This document shows, piece by piece, positions 29,625-42,514 of a stretch of DNA of 64,000 bases; position 1 is the stretch's first letter; every line of letters starts with the position of its first letter. Position numbers and translations under genes: made by a program. The stretch is from the NCBI GenBank assembly GCA_012295275.1, contig CM022676.1, positions 11,718,001 through 11,782,000 of the forward strand, written 5' to 3'. Origin of the DNA: Chrysomallon squamiferum (Eukaryota > Animalia > Mollusca). Under the pieces are notes generated by a model. The model worked only from the letters and a program-made list of their open reading frames with translations, searched no databases and had not been told where the DNA came from.

Positions 29625-30200
29625 GTTCAAACTTGGCCAATCTGACATAATATTAGAAATACTTTGTGAGACAGAACTGTCCTGTACTTCAGCAACAGAT
29701 GGCATCTGTGTTTTTGAAATACTTTGAGTTACATTCAAAATGCTTTCATCGTAATCTGCAGACCAACCACCACTTTGTTGCCTCTCATGCCCACCAAAAA
29801 CATAAAGTCCTTAGTGAGATGCTGACCATGTTTTGTGGTACCATTGTATCTAAAGTCAGTGTCTGGTATCATGTAGTGCTTCTTTTACTTGCTGCTGTGC
29901 CAGTGACGTCATTTCACTGCTCATTTGATTAACTGTGGTGTGACTTAGCAAGTCTCCTAGCTTGATTCCTGAGACTGTTTCCACAGCAAACTGCAGTGCT
30001 TCATTTACAATGCTTTCTGACAAACCAAGTCCTTCATAAGGTTAGCTGCCTGTCTTACTTGTCAACTTTTGTTTTGCCATCTTTTCTGTCTCAATCTCCA
30101 ACTTCTGTAGTAACTAAACTGTCTCTCAAGCAACCTCAAGTTCATTCTCAGTAGCATGTAGTTGTTGTTTTAACACTGCCAGTTTTCAGTTATTTTCATT
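29625..30200 (-). mobile_element. Decayed DNA-transposase fragment (RNase H-like DDE type) in the predicted first intron of ZF-1
   Basis: Hand translation across frameshifts and stops gives GLSESIVNEALQFAVETVSGIKLGDLLSHTTVNQMSSEMTSLAQQQVKEAL / FRYNGTTKHGQHL..LVGMR / QQSGGWSADY..ISNIMSD. This resembles, from memory, the L-x-x-DGTTK...MSDR signature of invertebrate transposase-like proteins; superfamily not determined. Confidence 0.55.
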
Positions 30201-30787
30201 TTAGCATCAGTATAAAATTCAATGCATTTTACAATTTCTTTCAAGGATGTATATTAAGTTTGGTGAAAATTGTATTTCATAGAAATGGAAAACTGCTTTT
30301 AAAAAATTAATAACAATAAAGTCATTTTATATTACATGACAATATTTTGCAGTTAAAACGGACCCCGGATATTTATGATATTTGTATACTAGTACAAGTA
30401 GTGGTACTATTAGTAGTATTACTAGTATCATAAGTATTAGTATTCCTACCTTTTAATAGCCTAAATGAAGTGTTTTGAAACTTAGAAGACTGATCTGGGT
30501 ATTTCTAGGTATTTCTAGGATACTATTTTAGCATTTGAATCTACATAAAATCACTGATTCACAGAGTGTTATTTATCTTAAGAGTTTACATATGACTAAC
30601 TCACTAAACCGCAAAAAGCCGAAAAGGCGCAAACTGAGATGACTAAGAAAAACTGTTTTGAACTGGAACATAAACAGGAAATTAATTTTAAACCTATAGC
30701 AGATTTGGAAGTCAGCATTTTCGAAAGACAGTTGAATAAACATGAGGGTTATCAAAAAATTATACATGAATATATACATTTATTTAC

Positions 30788-30849
30788 CTTCTTAGATTGT
30801 TTTGTTGATGTTTCTTTCGTAGAATGATTGTCACAAGGGAAATAACTCT
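30788..30849 (-). promoter_or_regulatory. Predicted start-site motif and non-coding exon 1 of ZF-1
   Basis: AGAGTTATTTCCCTT at 30849-30835, then donor AAG|gtaaat at 30787. A candidate acceptor ctcttttcag| lies at 29401. Confidence 0.5.
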
Positions 30850-31060
30850 GATTAGCGGTCTCGCTCCACAGTTATTAAATATCTATTGTACGTGAGATTT
30901 TATAAAAATCTTGCTGTCGTGTTTTGAGTAAACAACACCACCAAAAAAGTCATATAATGTATTAGAATTTGAAAACCTATCTTAATTTGTCCCATTGTAT
31001 TTGCTTGTATTTCCATTGTAGGTCACCTTCATTATACACAAAAATATATACACATTAAAA

Positions 31061-31157
<97 letters not shown>

Positions 31158-31205
31158 GTTTTTATTTTTAGATTTTGCGATGTGTACTTTGCTTACCACA
31201 TATGC

Positions 31206-31274
<69 letters not shown>

Positions 31275-31535
31275 TAATAATAAGAAGAAGAACAACAACA
31301 ACAAAACGAATTGGTAAATAATATATTTCATTCGTTGTTAGATGTTACTTATTTATTTATTTATTTCCTTCTTGTTATAAGCAATAGCTCGGCACTTCCA
31401 GTTTTATTACTTAGTTACAACTTCAAAGACAGTTTGTATTTGTACTTCATTTTATTACGTATGTATTACGATCACAGACCACCATTACGATTTGTATTCA
31501 GTCACAGACTTATATTTATTACACGCGTTAATTCA

Positions 31536-34500
31536 CTACTTTGTGCCAGCTGTCAGTGTAAAGTCGATATTGTGATTTTTCTTGTGATTTCTTAACCCTT
31601 CCAGTCTGATGAACGTCTTGCTGCAGACGTCGCAGCGGTGAGGTCGTTGCTCGGAGTGAGTCAGTCGGTGTCGCTGGAACGTGCTGATGATGGAGAAGCT
31701 GCGGCCGCACGTCTCGCACGTGTACGGCTTCTCCCCCGTGTGCACGCGGCGGTGTTCGCTCAGTTTCCCGGACGTCGTGAAACACTTGTCGCAGAGGTCG
31801 CAGTGGTACGGCCTCTCTCCCGTGTGCGTCCATCTGTGCGTGCGTAGCGACGTGGACCGCGAAAACGTCTTCCCGCACACGTCGCACATGTACGGCTGGT
31901 CCCGCACGTGCGTTTTCCTGTGCGAGTTACGGTTTCCCGATGACGTGAACGTCTTGTTGCAAATGTCGCACGCGTACGGTTTTGATCCCGTGTGCAGGCG
32001 CGCGTGCGTCACGTAATTACTCATCTGCGAAAACCGTTTATCACACACGTCACACTTGAACGGTTTCTCGCGTGTATGAACTCGTCTGTGTCGCACGAGA
32101 TATTGCACTTCCTCGAATTCCATCCCGCACGTGCTACATTTTATCACGTGATCAGGGTAACTTCTCTTGTGCTCGTCTAAATCGGAGATATGCGAGAACG
32201 CGACTTTGCAGACGGCGCACCTGAGTTTGGTACGTTTTTTACGCACACTGTGCGTATTTCTCTTACAATACTTGTTGATATTTTTGTTCGTGGAAATCAC
32301 AGAACCAGAAACATTATTTATTTTCTTGTTCTTTCTTTTGTTCTGTTTCTCTCTGTTTGTGTTCTCTTTCGTCACGCCACTTTCAGTTTGATCATTAGAA
32401 GTTAAAACTTTTTTATCAGTGGTAGATGATGACGTGACTTTCGCGAAGCTGGTGCTGACGTCGTTCACGTCAGTGATTGTTGTCGTCTGCTGATGTGTCT
32501 GCACGTTGTAACTGTCAGTGTTTACTTTTGTGTAACTTTTGCAACGAACATGCACGTCACAAGCATTTGTGTGAAATCTGTTACAGCCTACGACATAGTC
32601 TGTACCAGAACCAGACGTCGTCGCAGTGTTCACAGCTGTTTCGCCATCACCACTTGTAATCATATCTACATCTACCCCTACGTGACCAACGTCAAACTGT
32701 GAGATGTTGCAATTAGACGTGTCTCTCGAGTTTTCAACATCAACAACGTCGGTGTATTCCATAACAGGCTGACCACGTCGACAGTCATTTTCTTTGTTGC
32801 TGACGTCTTTTTCTGTCAAGTCGGTAGCAGTCAGTTCGTCCACAAAAGAAAATAGCTTCAAAGTTCCGTCACGCTGAAAATTCTGCATACCGAACATTTT
32901 ATTACCTGTATGATCATTCAGATCATTAACTTTATCATCCTCTTCAAGATCGTTGTCATCTACATCAATATCATTATCACCAACATCAATATCGCTATCT
33001 TCTACATCAGTACCATTGTCACATGTTTCACCACTGGATTTAACTTCTTTATTAATACATCCATCACAATCTTGTCTTCTACTGTCTGTGTGGTTATTTC
33101 TGGAAAATTCTTTCCTTAAATAGTCAAACTGAATTTCGTTACATACTACACTGGACAGATCTTTCACAGCGTCGCCCTGGTCAAATCTGTCTAAGACACC
33201 AAACCTGCTGCTTGCCAAGTCGTTAAAAACAGAAGACGTACGTTGACGGTCTTCAGCAACAACATCGTCCACTACACTTTCTTTGTCATCTTTGCTAGAA
33301 AAATTTGAGTAAATTTGTCCGTTGCTGTTGACAACTTCACTATGATTAATACTAGTGTTTATATCAAACTGATAATTGTCAAATCGAAGTCTCTCGTTTT
33401 GGATTCCGACATCGATAGCAGTGACATCACGTAAGCCGGGTACATGGCAGTCACCACTAGCAGTGACGTCATGTAAGTTAGCTACACGATAGTCATCATT
33501 ACCAGTGACGTCACGTAATATGGGCACACGACAGTCATTGTTAGCAGTGACGTCACGTAAGCTAGATACACAACAGTCACCATTAGCAGCGTGTAACGGT
33601 GTACATACGTCATCAGTGGTTTGTGAAACAGTGTACTTATTTGTAACAGCTGAAGAGAAACTCGGATTCTCAGACACAGGTAATTTTTCTCTGAGACTTT
33701 CACTGAAGTGACTTTGTACTGGAACATCGAACAAGCTCGCAGTGATGTTTGTGTCTACACTGAAATAACTGTTGGCTAAATCCTGAGACTGCTGGTTCAC
33801 CGCAGACAAATCTTGAAGCGTTTCTTCAAAATTAGAAGCAGACGACAAGGACGCACGTGATGGGCGGGCTACGAACGTAGGAAGGACCAGTCTTGGGTTA
33901 CACTCGGTGACAGCGTTCAGCGAAGTGTACTGGTAACCATGACAATGGCTGTCAATCAAGCTATCTCGAGCGTCGTACGGTTTAAAACTGTTTGGTGCAA
34001 AAGAAGATGACATCAGAGGTTCATGTGAAGTGTTTTGAGTCGCAGTGTTGTCAGTGTGGAGTGTCAGAGAAGATTTCTCTTGGAATGTCGGTTGGTATTG
34101 AGGCTGACACTGAGCAAGTGTGTCGTCTGACTTGTTTATTTCATTGTGCAGCTGGGTGTAGATGAAAGGAATCAGTTCTCGCGACTGGCAGCCAACTCTC
34201 GTTGCGTCACTTCCTGCGTAATCAAACACAGCAGCAGGCGGCGTTGAAATCGCGTCATCTTGTATGACCTCAATGTCCGCGTTGTAACTGTTATGTTTCT
34301 TGACGTCGGTATTCACCTTGTAATTGTCATGTTTTGACGTGGACACAGCAGCAACAGTGTCAGCAACGTCAGCGACTTTCTTCTGGCCGCTGTGTGTTCT
34401 CAAGTGACTCCTCAGACCGTCGAGTCGGAAGAACTTCTTGTCGCAGTAGCGACAGGCGTGACGCCTCTCTCCCTTGTGGATGGTCACGTGACGTTTCAGG

Positions 34501-35354
34501 GTGTTGACAATGGCGAAGCTGCGCCCGCAAACTTCGCACGTGTAGGGCTTGTCTCCGCTGTGCGTCCGCTTGTGGTCGACGAGTTTGCCGCGCGACACGA
34601 AGCCCTTCTCGCACACGTCACACTTGTACGGCCTCTCTCCCGTGTGCAGGTTGTGGTGCATCTTCAGCGAGTTGGGGCGCGAAAACGACACGCCGCACAC
34701 GTCGCACATGTAAGGGCGTTCCCCTGTGTGGGTACGGCGGTGAGTCTTGCGGTTCCCCGACGTGGCGAACGTCTTCTCGCAGATGTCGCAGGGGAAGGGC
34801 TTCTCGCCCGAGTGAGTCCTCTGGTGGATGATGAAGTTGCAGACCTGCCTGAAGGACTTCTTGCACACGTCACACCTGTACGGTTTCTCTCCCGTGTGTA
34901 TCCGCCTGTGCACGTTGTTCAGGTACTGCGCGTCTTTGAACACCTTCCCGCACTCACTGCACTGTCTTTCGTCCCTCTCCTCCTCTCTGCTGACAGGGTC
35001 AACGCCTCGTTTTGACTTCCTACGACATCCATTTCTCGGTTGTCTACATTCAGAGTCTGGACTGAGACAGTCTGCGCTTTTCTCGACAGCTCCTTTGGTA
35101 TCGATCAGTTTTTTAGTCACGTGACTGACTCCTCCTGCGTGCGACTCGAGGTGCATGTTTAGGTTGCTCGCCTGGTAAAATCCCTTCCCACACTTACTGC
35201 AGACGAACGGTCGCGTCTTCGAGGCGGGTGCGGGTGTGACGTATTTCTGCGAGTGACGTTTTGAATGCAGACTGAGTCGCTGTGACGTTGAGAACTGTTT
35301 ACCACACACTGAACACCCGTAAGGAAGAACGTCCTCGTGGTTTCTTAACTTCAT
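31536..35354 (-). CDS. C2H2 zinc-finger protein ZF-2 (~1272 aa, ~16-17 fingers in two clusters)
   Basis: Long ORF with first ATG at 35354 (the track starts at GTG 35360, with an in-frame stop just upstream). 2+7 N-terminal fingers and 1 degenerate + 7 C-terminal fingers with TGEKPY linkers, separated by an acidic, low-complexity linker. Confidence 0.95.
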   Translation of the reverse strand: MKLRNHEDVLPYGCSVCGKQFSTSQRLSLHSKRHSQKYVTPAPASKTRPFVCSKCGKGFYQASNLNMHLESHAGGVSHVTKKLIDTKGAVEKSADCLSPDSECRQPRNGCRRKSKRGVDPVSREEERDERQCSECGKVFKDAQYLNNVHRRIHTGEKPYRCDVCKKSFRQVCNFIIHQRTHSGEKPFPCDICEKTFATSGNRKTHRRTHTGERPYMCDVCGVSFSRPNSLKMHHNLHTGERPYKCDVCEKGFVSRGKLVDHKRTHSGDKPYTCEVCGRSFAIVNTLKRHVTIHKGERRHACRYCDKKFFRLDGLRSHLRTHSGQKKVADVADTVAAVSTSKHDNYKVNTDVKKHNSYNADIEVIQDDAISTPPAAVFDYAGSDATRVGCQSRELIPFIYTQLHNEINKSDDTLAQCQPQYQPTFQEKSSLTLHTDNTATQNTSHEPLMSSSFAPNSFKPYDARDSLIDSHCHGYQYTSLNAVTECNPRLVLPTFVARPSRASLSSASNFEETLQDLSAVNQQSQDLANSYFSVDTNITASLFDVPVQSHFSESLREKLPVSENPSFSSAVTNKYTVSQTTDDVCTPLHAANGDCCVSSLRDVTANNDCRVPILRDVTGNDDYRVANLHDVTASGDCHVPGLRDVTAIDVGIQNERLRFDNYQFDINTSINHSEVVNSNGQIYSNFSSKDDKESVVDDVVAEDRQRTSSVFNDLASSRFGVLDRFDQGDAVKDLSSVVCNEIQFDYLRKEFSRNNHTDSRRQDCDGCINKEVKSSGETCDNGTDVEDSDIDVGDNDIDVDDNDLEEDDKVNDLNDHTGNKMFGMQNFQRDGTLKLFSFVDELTATDLTEKDVSNKENDCRRGQPVMEYTDVVDVENSRDTSNCNISQFDVGHVGVDVDMITSGDGETAVNTATTSGSGTDYVVGCNRFHTNACDVHVRCKSYTKVNTDSYNVQTHQQTTTITDVNDVSTSFAKVTSSSTTDKKVLTSNDQTESGVTKENTNREKQNKRKNKKINNVSGSVISTNKNINKYCKRNTHSVRKKRTKLRCAVCKVAFSHISDLDEHKRSYPDHVIKCSTCGMEFEEVQYLVRHRRVHTREKPFKCDVCDKRFSQMSNYVTHARLHTGSKPYACDICNKTFTSSGNRNSHRKTHVRDQPYMCDVCGKTFSRSTSLRTHRWTHTGERPYHCDLCDKCFTTSGKLSEHRRVHTGEKPYTCETCGRSFSIISTFQRHRLTHSEQRPHRCDVCSKTFIRLEGLRNHKKNHNIDFTLTAGTK
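33415..33595 (-). repeat. Coding minisatellite in ZF-2: ~4 copies of a 42-bp / 14-aa unit (LRDVTAxxDCxVxx)
   Basis: Protein reads DCCVSSLRDVTANNDCRVPILRDVTGNDDYRVANLHDVTASGDCHVPGLRDVTA. Confidence 0.85.
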
Positions 35355-36557
35355 TGTCACGTGATGTTAGTATCCAGAAAACTATTTCCTAAAAATATCA
35401 GTCACTATTCTAGAAAACCACTTGTCATTCTAGAAAAATGACAGTAGCTGGTCTACAAAATATTGATCACTGTTCTGGAAAATATGTGATTCTATTCTCT
35501 AAACAGATAAAACTTTGTTCCAGATTCACTGTTTTAACTAAATCTTTAAACAGAAAAGCTGCTGCTCTGTCATCATAGCTGTTGAATGTAATCTCTGCTT
35601 TCATGTCTTTAACATCTGTTACCTTCCTTACTGATAATATCAGTTCTTGTTCTTTAATCAAATAGCTAAACATTGACTGGATTACAGCAAATCTTTCTAG
35701 GTAATATTTTTTAAATAATTAAAATAAATAAACAGTGTTTTTTTGTATTCTCAGCATTTCACACAGCTTGTTTTATCTGGATCAGATACAGAACAATCCT
35801 CCTGTCCAGTGATAACACTTGTAATGGAATATCATAGTCTTGGGTTCGTTTTCACTGTAACCTCTTGTTTTTCTTAACATAATTGTATTCACAGATTAAT
35901 TACTTCCATTCTACAAAAGCAGACAATATTACACACTGATGTACTTGATCATTATTATAGAAGTTTGTATAGATTATTCGTTATTCATTCGGTGCTTATC
36001 CATTCCAATTTTAGAAGCTTCCTGCCGTCTGGTCAACATTCTGAAAAACAAGAGAACACAATCTAAATAAAATGTCTGATAAATAATATTTACTACGAAC
36101 GTGGATCGTTCAGTAATAAAAATAACTGAAACAAAAAATAAATATTTAGAAAAGAGAGAAGGCTGCACTGATAACTGAAACATTCCGACAATATTTTCAA
36201 AATGAATTAATGAACATTTAATAAAATCATATCCTAGACTAATAATAAATAATCCATCAAAACTGAAGAAAATAAATAAATAAATAAATAAATAAACCAT
36301 AACAATAACAACAAAATAAAAACATCAACAACAACACCAACAACAACAGCAGCAACAACTATTTCTAAATTTTGCTAAATGATATAAAAATGTCATGTAA
36401 TATTAATCTGACACCTAATAAAAATAACATCAGTTCAAGAAACATTAAAAACATTTGAGTAAATATTTACAAAATGTTACAAATTACAGTCCACTGGACA
36501 TTAAAATGTCTATATTTATTCTAGCCTGTATAAAATTTAATTAATTATTCTGCTTAC

Positions 36558-36820
36558 AACAAACACGACAGACTGTAATAGCTCAACAAATCCCGGTTCG
36601 AACTTTTTTGTAAACAAAAGTAATAATGTGGTGCTCAGAAAAACTGGGACAGAATCTGATCGATCACCCTAAATCAGAGTGAAACGTCATCTATGTAGAA
36701 ATATGACAACTAATAATTGCTCCGCCATCGTTTTAAACTCTAGCGATTAGAATGTTTATATTGCACATTAATTATTAGTAAACAAAGACTTGAAAAATAG
36801 CAATAGGAAGCCGGAAGTTT
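36558..36820 (-). promoter_or_regulatory. Predicted promoter and non-coding exon 1 of ZF-2
   Basis: ETS-type CCGGAAGT at 36811, ATGGCG at 36728, donor gtaagc at 36557, and acceptor cttgtttttcag| at 36041. Confidence 0.45.
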
Positions 36821-38572
36821 GTGGAAAACCATTTAATCGTTACTTCCTTCTTTCCAAATTGTAATTTCTTCCTTCAGTTATGAGATCCCCATTTTGCTGT
36901 TACAAATGCGGCAAACAGCAGTATTAAATGTAATTTCAGTAATTTATGGTGAAATTTTATTTATTTATTTATTTATTAGTTTAAATATCATTGTCTGAAC
37001 AGAGACCGTTTTAATAATGAATTAAGAAAACGGATTTTTCACTTTTCCTGTAATATTAATAGATTTTCAACATACAGGTAACAAAGAAATTAAAGTATTT
37101 AGCGGGGACACTGATCTATGTTTGTGATATCGTGCTGATGAAATTATTTAGGATATAATAATGGTACTAATACAGATAATGAAGATATTGATGTAAATAA
37201 TAAATGCTTTGATAAATATAATGAAGTTATTGATATAGAAGATAAATGGACTGATTAAGATAATACATTTTTTGATATATATAATAATGGTATTAACACA
37301 GATAATAGTACTGATACTGCACTAATGGTAATGATGTGTCAATAATGTATTGATGTAGATAATAATGGTAGTGATGTAACAGTAAGGTTATTGATGTAGA
37401 TAATAATAGTATTAACATAATACACTTGGAGACTCCTTGTTGCTGCATTTAAGATACAGTTGTGTATTTTGCTTCTTAAACATAAAATTAAATTAAATTA
37501 AATTAAATTAAAGTTAAAATAAATTAAAACAAAAATAAAAATATTAAAAAATAATAAAATAAAATAATATAATACATAAGAAATAAAAATAAAAAATAAA
37601 AAAAATAAACTAACACAAGCACGCACACTGACGCAAACACACACATGTACACATGTAAATATAACAGGAACATAGAAACATACATTTCCTACCTGTAATA
37701 TACACATTTCTTTAACAAAAGAAAAAGCCATATCACAGTCGTATAGTGGCTGTCCGCTGTGACGTATTTGCATTATTGACGTCATTTGTCGTTAGGAACA
37801 GCTCTGTTGATTACGTCTCATGTGTAATTTATTATTATACCATTGTTGTTTATGTTGTTGTTATTATCCTATTCATTCTCTCAAAAATATTTTATCTCAT
37901 AGAAATTCCGCCTTCTTTCAATATCTTACTACATGAAAAACACATTACACAGTCTACGTATAAATAAAACACACTTTTATCTAAGTTCTTGAATATCCAA
38001 GACAAAACAAATAATTAAAATGATGATTATATATTTATTATCAAACATAATACATTTCAACGGTTTGCACATTAGTAACGTATATATTTGCTTAATTTGG
38101 TGGATCCAGTTGCACTATTTATGTTTATATGCATTAATGTCACTTTCTTCTCAACTCTCTTTAACCACGCGTCAAATGTGCCTTATTTATCACGTGACTA
38201 TTTGTCAAACTGTATTGTTATAATTGTTTATAGGTCAGTTTGTGTGTCACGTGTTTTTAACGGATCTGGTCACTTTAACAACAATTTTTAAATTTCCATT
38301 TAAATTATTGTTTTATTAAATACGTCATACTGTTTTTTAAATCACGTGATTATCAGATAAATCACACAACTGTCACGTTTACCACGTGACTCTACTCTGA
38401 ACAGTGGCTGTTTAATCAGAAAGATTTGATCGATAATATATGATCACTAATGGTCGATTTATTAATGATTGAATATTAATGATGATTATTAATGATTGAA
38501 CACTAGTGTTTGATCAGTGACGTTTGATCGTTAACGTTTGATCAGTGACGTTTGATCGTTAACGTCGGATTG

Positions 38573-40269
38573 TCAGAAGGAGACCCAGCCATTAGGTATC
38601 TCAGTGCGGCTCTGGCTGGCTTTGCACACTTCAAAGTGCTGCGTCATTTGCTCGACTCTGTGAAAGCCGAGCTGGCAGTTGGCGCAGCGTAGCAGGTTGT
38701 CGTTCTGGTGGCAGATCTGGTGCCTGTCGAACTTCACTTTGTCCTGGAAGCCCTTCCAGCAGACCTCACAGCGATACGGCACCTCGCCGGAGTGAACCAT
38801 CTTGTGGAACTTGAGGTGGTTCGAGTTCTTGAAGGCGCGCTCACACTGGTCGCATTGGAACGGTCGCTCGTCCGTGTGCTCTCGCACGTGCACTTTGAGC
38901 CTCTCTGCCAGGTAGAACGCCTTGTCGCAGTGCGAGCACTGGTACGGAGGTTTGTCCAGGTGGGTGTTCAGGTGTTTCTTCATCGTCGCGTATTTGCCGA
39001 ACTCCCGCCAGCAGATCGTACACTTGTAAGGTTTGTCTCCCGTGTGAACGCGGATGTGGTCGGTTTTCTGCGCCAGGGTTTTGAAGCCTTTCTGGCAGTA
39101 CGGACACGTGTGGGGTCGTTCACCCGTGTGCGACATGACGTGGACACGACGCTGCTGGGAATGTTTAAACCTGCGGTCGCAGTAGTCGCACTTGTACGGT
39201 TTCGACTGAGGGTCGTCGGAGCTGCTGGCTGATCCCGGGGGACGTCCTGGACCACGTCGTGCCCGTGCGTCTAGACCGGGAAAAGAATCTTCTTCAACAC
39301 TGGGATTAAACGGTTTCTCGCAGTCTCTGTCGAACTGGGGTGGTTTCTGCAAAGTCACGAAAGACTGAGTGTTGTGGTTCTGGTTGCTAATTGAAGTGTT
39401 CACGGTTAGGAAATCGTCACGAATGTGCGAGTCGTAGTGATCCGACTGTGAGTTCAGACTCTCGCTCAGTGCTTTAGCTACAATGTCTTCGTGAGCATCA
39501 GCGAGCTGCTCTCTGCTCACTGCTTTCTGGTAACAGTGAGTGAGCGCAGACGACTGTGAGTACGTGACCGCGTCGCTCAGTGCGATGTCAGTGCTGGACG
39601 TGCAGCAGTTTGACGTCGCTAACGACGTAACGCAGTTCAACACTAGAGGTCGCCCAGTCTGGTACACACGAGTCGCTGAACACATAGCACTGTCTGCCGG
39701 AGTATGTGACGACGATGATGATGATGACGTTTCAGATCGGAGGTGGTTATGAGAAACATGACCTGCAGGAAGAATACATCCACTAGCGACATCTGGCGGC
39801 TGCAGACCGGAAACTGGGGAAGACCAGTACTGTTTGTGCATAGACATCTGTGAGGAGTCGCCCTGTCTTTCTGTCTGAGCTAACACAACCATAGACGTGT
39901 CTCTGTTCATTTGCCTTCCCATGCTGGATGTCGCCATGGCGTTGTTGACGTTCACGTTAGAAACAACAGGAACACTTTGTTGTCTGTTAACAGAAGGAGC
40001 TGAAGGATCCACGGCTCCTAGCATCTGTCCAAACGAGGAATGCGCGGCGACTGTAGACAGATTAATGTGACCCCCGGGCCAGGATGGGTAGTACGGAGTT
40101 GAGTACGCGTTTTTGCACTCCACGTTTATCACCATCTGTGGATTCAGTGAAACTGACGTCATCACTTCATGAGCGTTGTGAGACACTAATGACGACGTCA
40201 TCACTTCGTGGTTGCTATGAGGAATGATCATGTGATTTCCTTTATCTTCTGGAAAGGTCTTCCATTGTG
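38573..40269 (-). CDS. C2H2 zinc-finger protein ZF-3, main coding exon (AT-hook plus 7 fingers, last one C2HC)
   Basis: Phase-1 acceptor tttgtttttcaatgatgcag| before 40269 (an alternative in-frame acceptor precedes 40248). RRGPGRPP AT-hook and TGERP/TGDKP linkers. Joined with 40871-40808 it gives 1761 nt = 586 aa + stop. Confidence 0.93.
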
Positions 40270-40287
40270 CTGCATCATTGAAAAACA

Positions 40288-40348
<61 letters not shown>

Positions 40349-40807
40349 TAAAAATAAAAATAATAATAATAATCATGATGATGATGATGAAGATGATAAA
40401 GAAAATGATGATGCCATATACTAATTATTAAATACCATTATTATTTTTTTTAAGAAATAAAGTAAAAATTAATTATCTTTATACTGCTGATCACAGACTG
40501 TGGTATGAGCATAAATGTAACAAACTAACAGTACACTTCAGCAGAATCTATCATAGGTTTCATAGGTTGTTACATCTCTATGTTATTAAAACTGTTATAT
40601 AACTATTATCATTCTGTATGTTACTATTACACATACTAACTATTATATTTTAATAAAATTTTACAAACCAAAGTGTTGGATATAAAAACATACAACTAAG
40701 ATAACATGTACAATTTGTCAGTACTCATAAACCACACATTTCTACATCTTTCTTACTATCTGAACTCTGAGTTTTGTGTGTGAGAGTTTAATGTTAACTT
40801 TACTTAC

Positions 40808-40871
40808 TGGCTGCAGTCTGATTGTTGTAAGAATTTAGATGTTCCTGGTCATTGCTGTACATCCCAGCCAT
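40808..40871 (-). CDS. ZF-3 first coding exon (MAGMYSNDQEHLNSYNNQTAA)
   Basis: ATG at 40871 within an exon starting at 40887 (ttttcag|). Canonical donor A|gtaagt at 40807; phase 1 matches the next exon. Confidence 0.75.
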
Positions 40872-40882
40872 GTCTTCGAGGT

Positions 40883-40960
40883 TTTGTCTGAAAAGTAAAC
40901 ACACAGACTTTGTCTGAAAAGTGAACACACAGACTTTGTCTGAAAAGTAAACACACAGAC
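40883..40960 (-). repeat. 3 x 26-bp tandem repeat spanning the ZF-3 exon-2 splice acceptor
   Basis: Minus-strand unit gtctgtgtgtttacttttcag|acaaa occurs three times. Confidence 0.9.
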
Positions 40961-41014
40961 CTTACAGTGATAACACTTCAACAAAACTGACAAATACACA
41001 CTTCATTTTGAATT

Positions 41015-41049
<35 letters not shown>

Positions 41050-42165
41050 AATATTAGTTTAACCAGAACAAAACACATTTTTATTATTTACAATATTATT
41101 ATATATCAAACATTGCTATGGAAAGTGCAATCCTGTTTATAAGATCTTTACTGTTAGCGAATAATAATATTCTATATTCTAATGGAAACATTTTTTTTTT
41201 GTCATAGAACATTAGAAAAAAACCTATATATATAATAATAATAATAATAAAAAAATAATAAAATAAAAAAAAAAAATTGAAATATCAAAATAATAAAATG
41301 AAATAAAAAAATAGTAAATAAAAAAATAAAATAGTAAATTATTATATAAAAAAAATAATTAAAAAAAAAAAAAAAAAAAATAAAAAAAAAAAAATGATGA
41401 AACAATGTAGTATTAATTTCAATATAAAAGTTAAAATGTACTATTACAGATTTGCTAAATAGTCTTAATTTGTATTAATTAATCATCATTGTCCTGTACA
41501 CTGTGAAATAAAACCAGATTAGCACACGTTATCTTTCATATCACACTTTCTAAATGTTTAATAAAAAATAATAAATAATAATAATAGAAAAATAAAAAGA
41601 TAAAAAAAAAAAGTAACAAAAAAAAAAACAAATCATCAAGTAAACAAAACAAATATAACTTTTTTTAAAATGTTACCAAAGTTATGAAATACATAAATTC
41701 TCTGTGATTTTCAAACATCTTACTAAAAATATAGTTATCTCAGACGTGAAATATTTTAGCTTGCAAGAATTAACCATATTACAGTATCTGGAAGTCATAC
41801 ATTTTATTTTTCAATGCTTAAAATTTATTTCAATAAATTTGCTTTTAATTTATTGGACATAAAAAATAAGTAAATAAATATTCAGATAAAAAAAATATAT
41901 ATTCAAATAATAAAAAATATATATATATATAAATATATAAATATTCAAATAAACATTTTATAAAATAGGCAAATAAACAAATAAATAAATGTTTACCATT
42001 TAGAATGATTGTCTAAATATGATATGAAATAAGGTGTGTGTGTGTGTGTGTGTGTGTGTGTAGGAAATAAAAAGTTTATAAGAAAACAATTTAAAGAATA
42101 ATTATTATTAAATCTAATACGTTAAAATAATTTTCAAAATGCATTTTCCATTATATACATTATTG

Positions 42166-42214
<49 letters not shown>

Positions 42215-42514
42215 TAATATTAATTATTAACTCTTTCCTATGCCATTATTATTTTTTGTTTATGCACTTTAAAATTATTGCTTTATTTCATATTCATTTT
42301 ATTATTTTTTTTCATGAATATTTAATTATTTATTATTTTTTATGTTTGGCCTTAAATGACTGAGTATGGTTGGACGATAATGTAACCGGAAGATTTCAGC
42401 CATCATTTTAACGCAATTTCTGATTGTGCTAGATATGGAATTAAAAACGAGCAATAAAATTAAATATTAAATTGAAGAACTTTGACAGGCAGAACCGTAG
42501 TTCAAAGAACTCAC

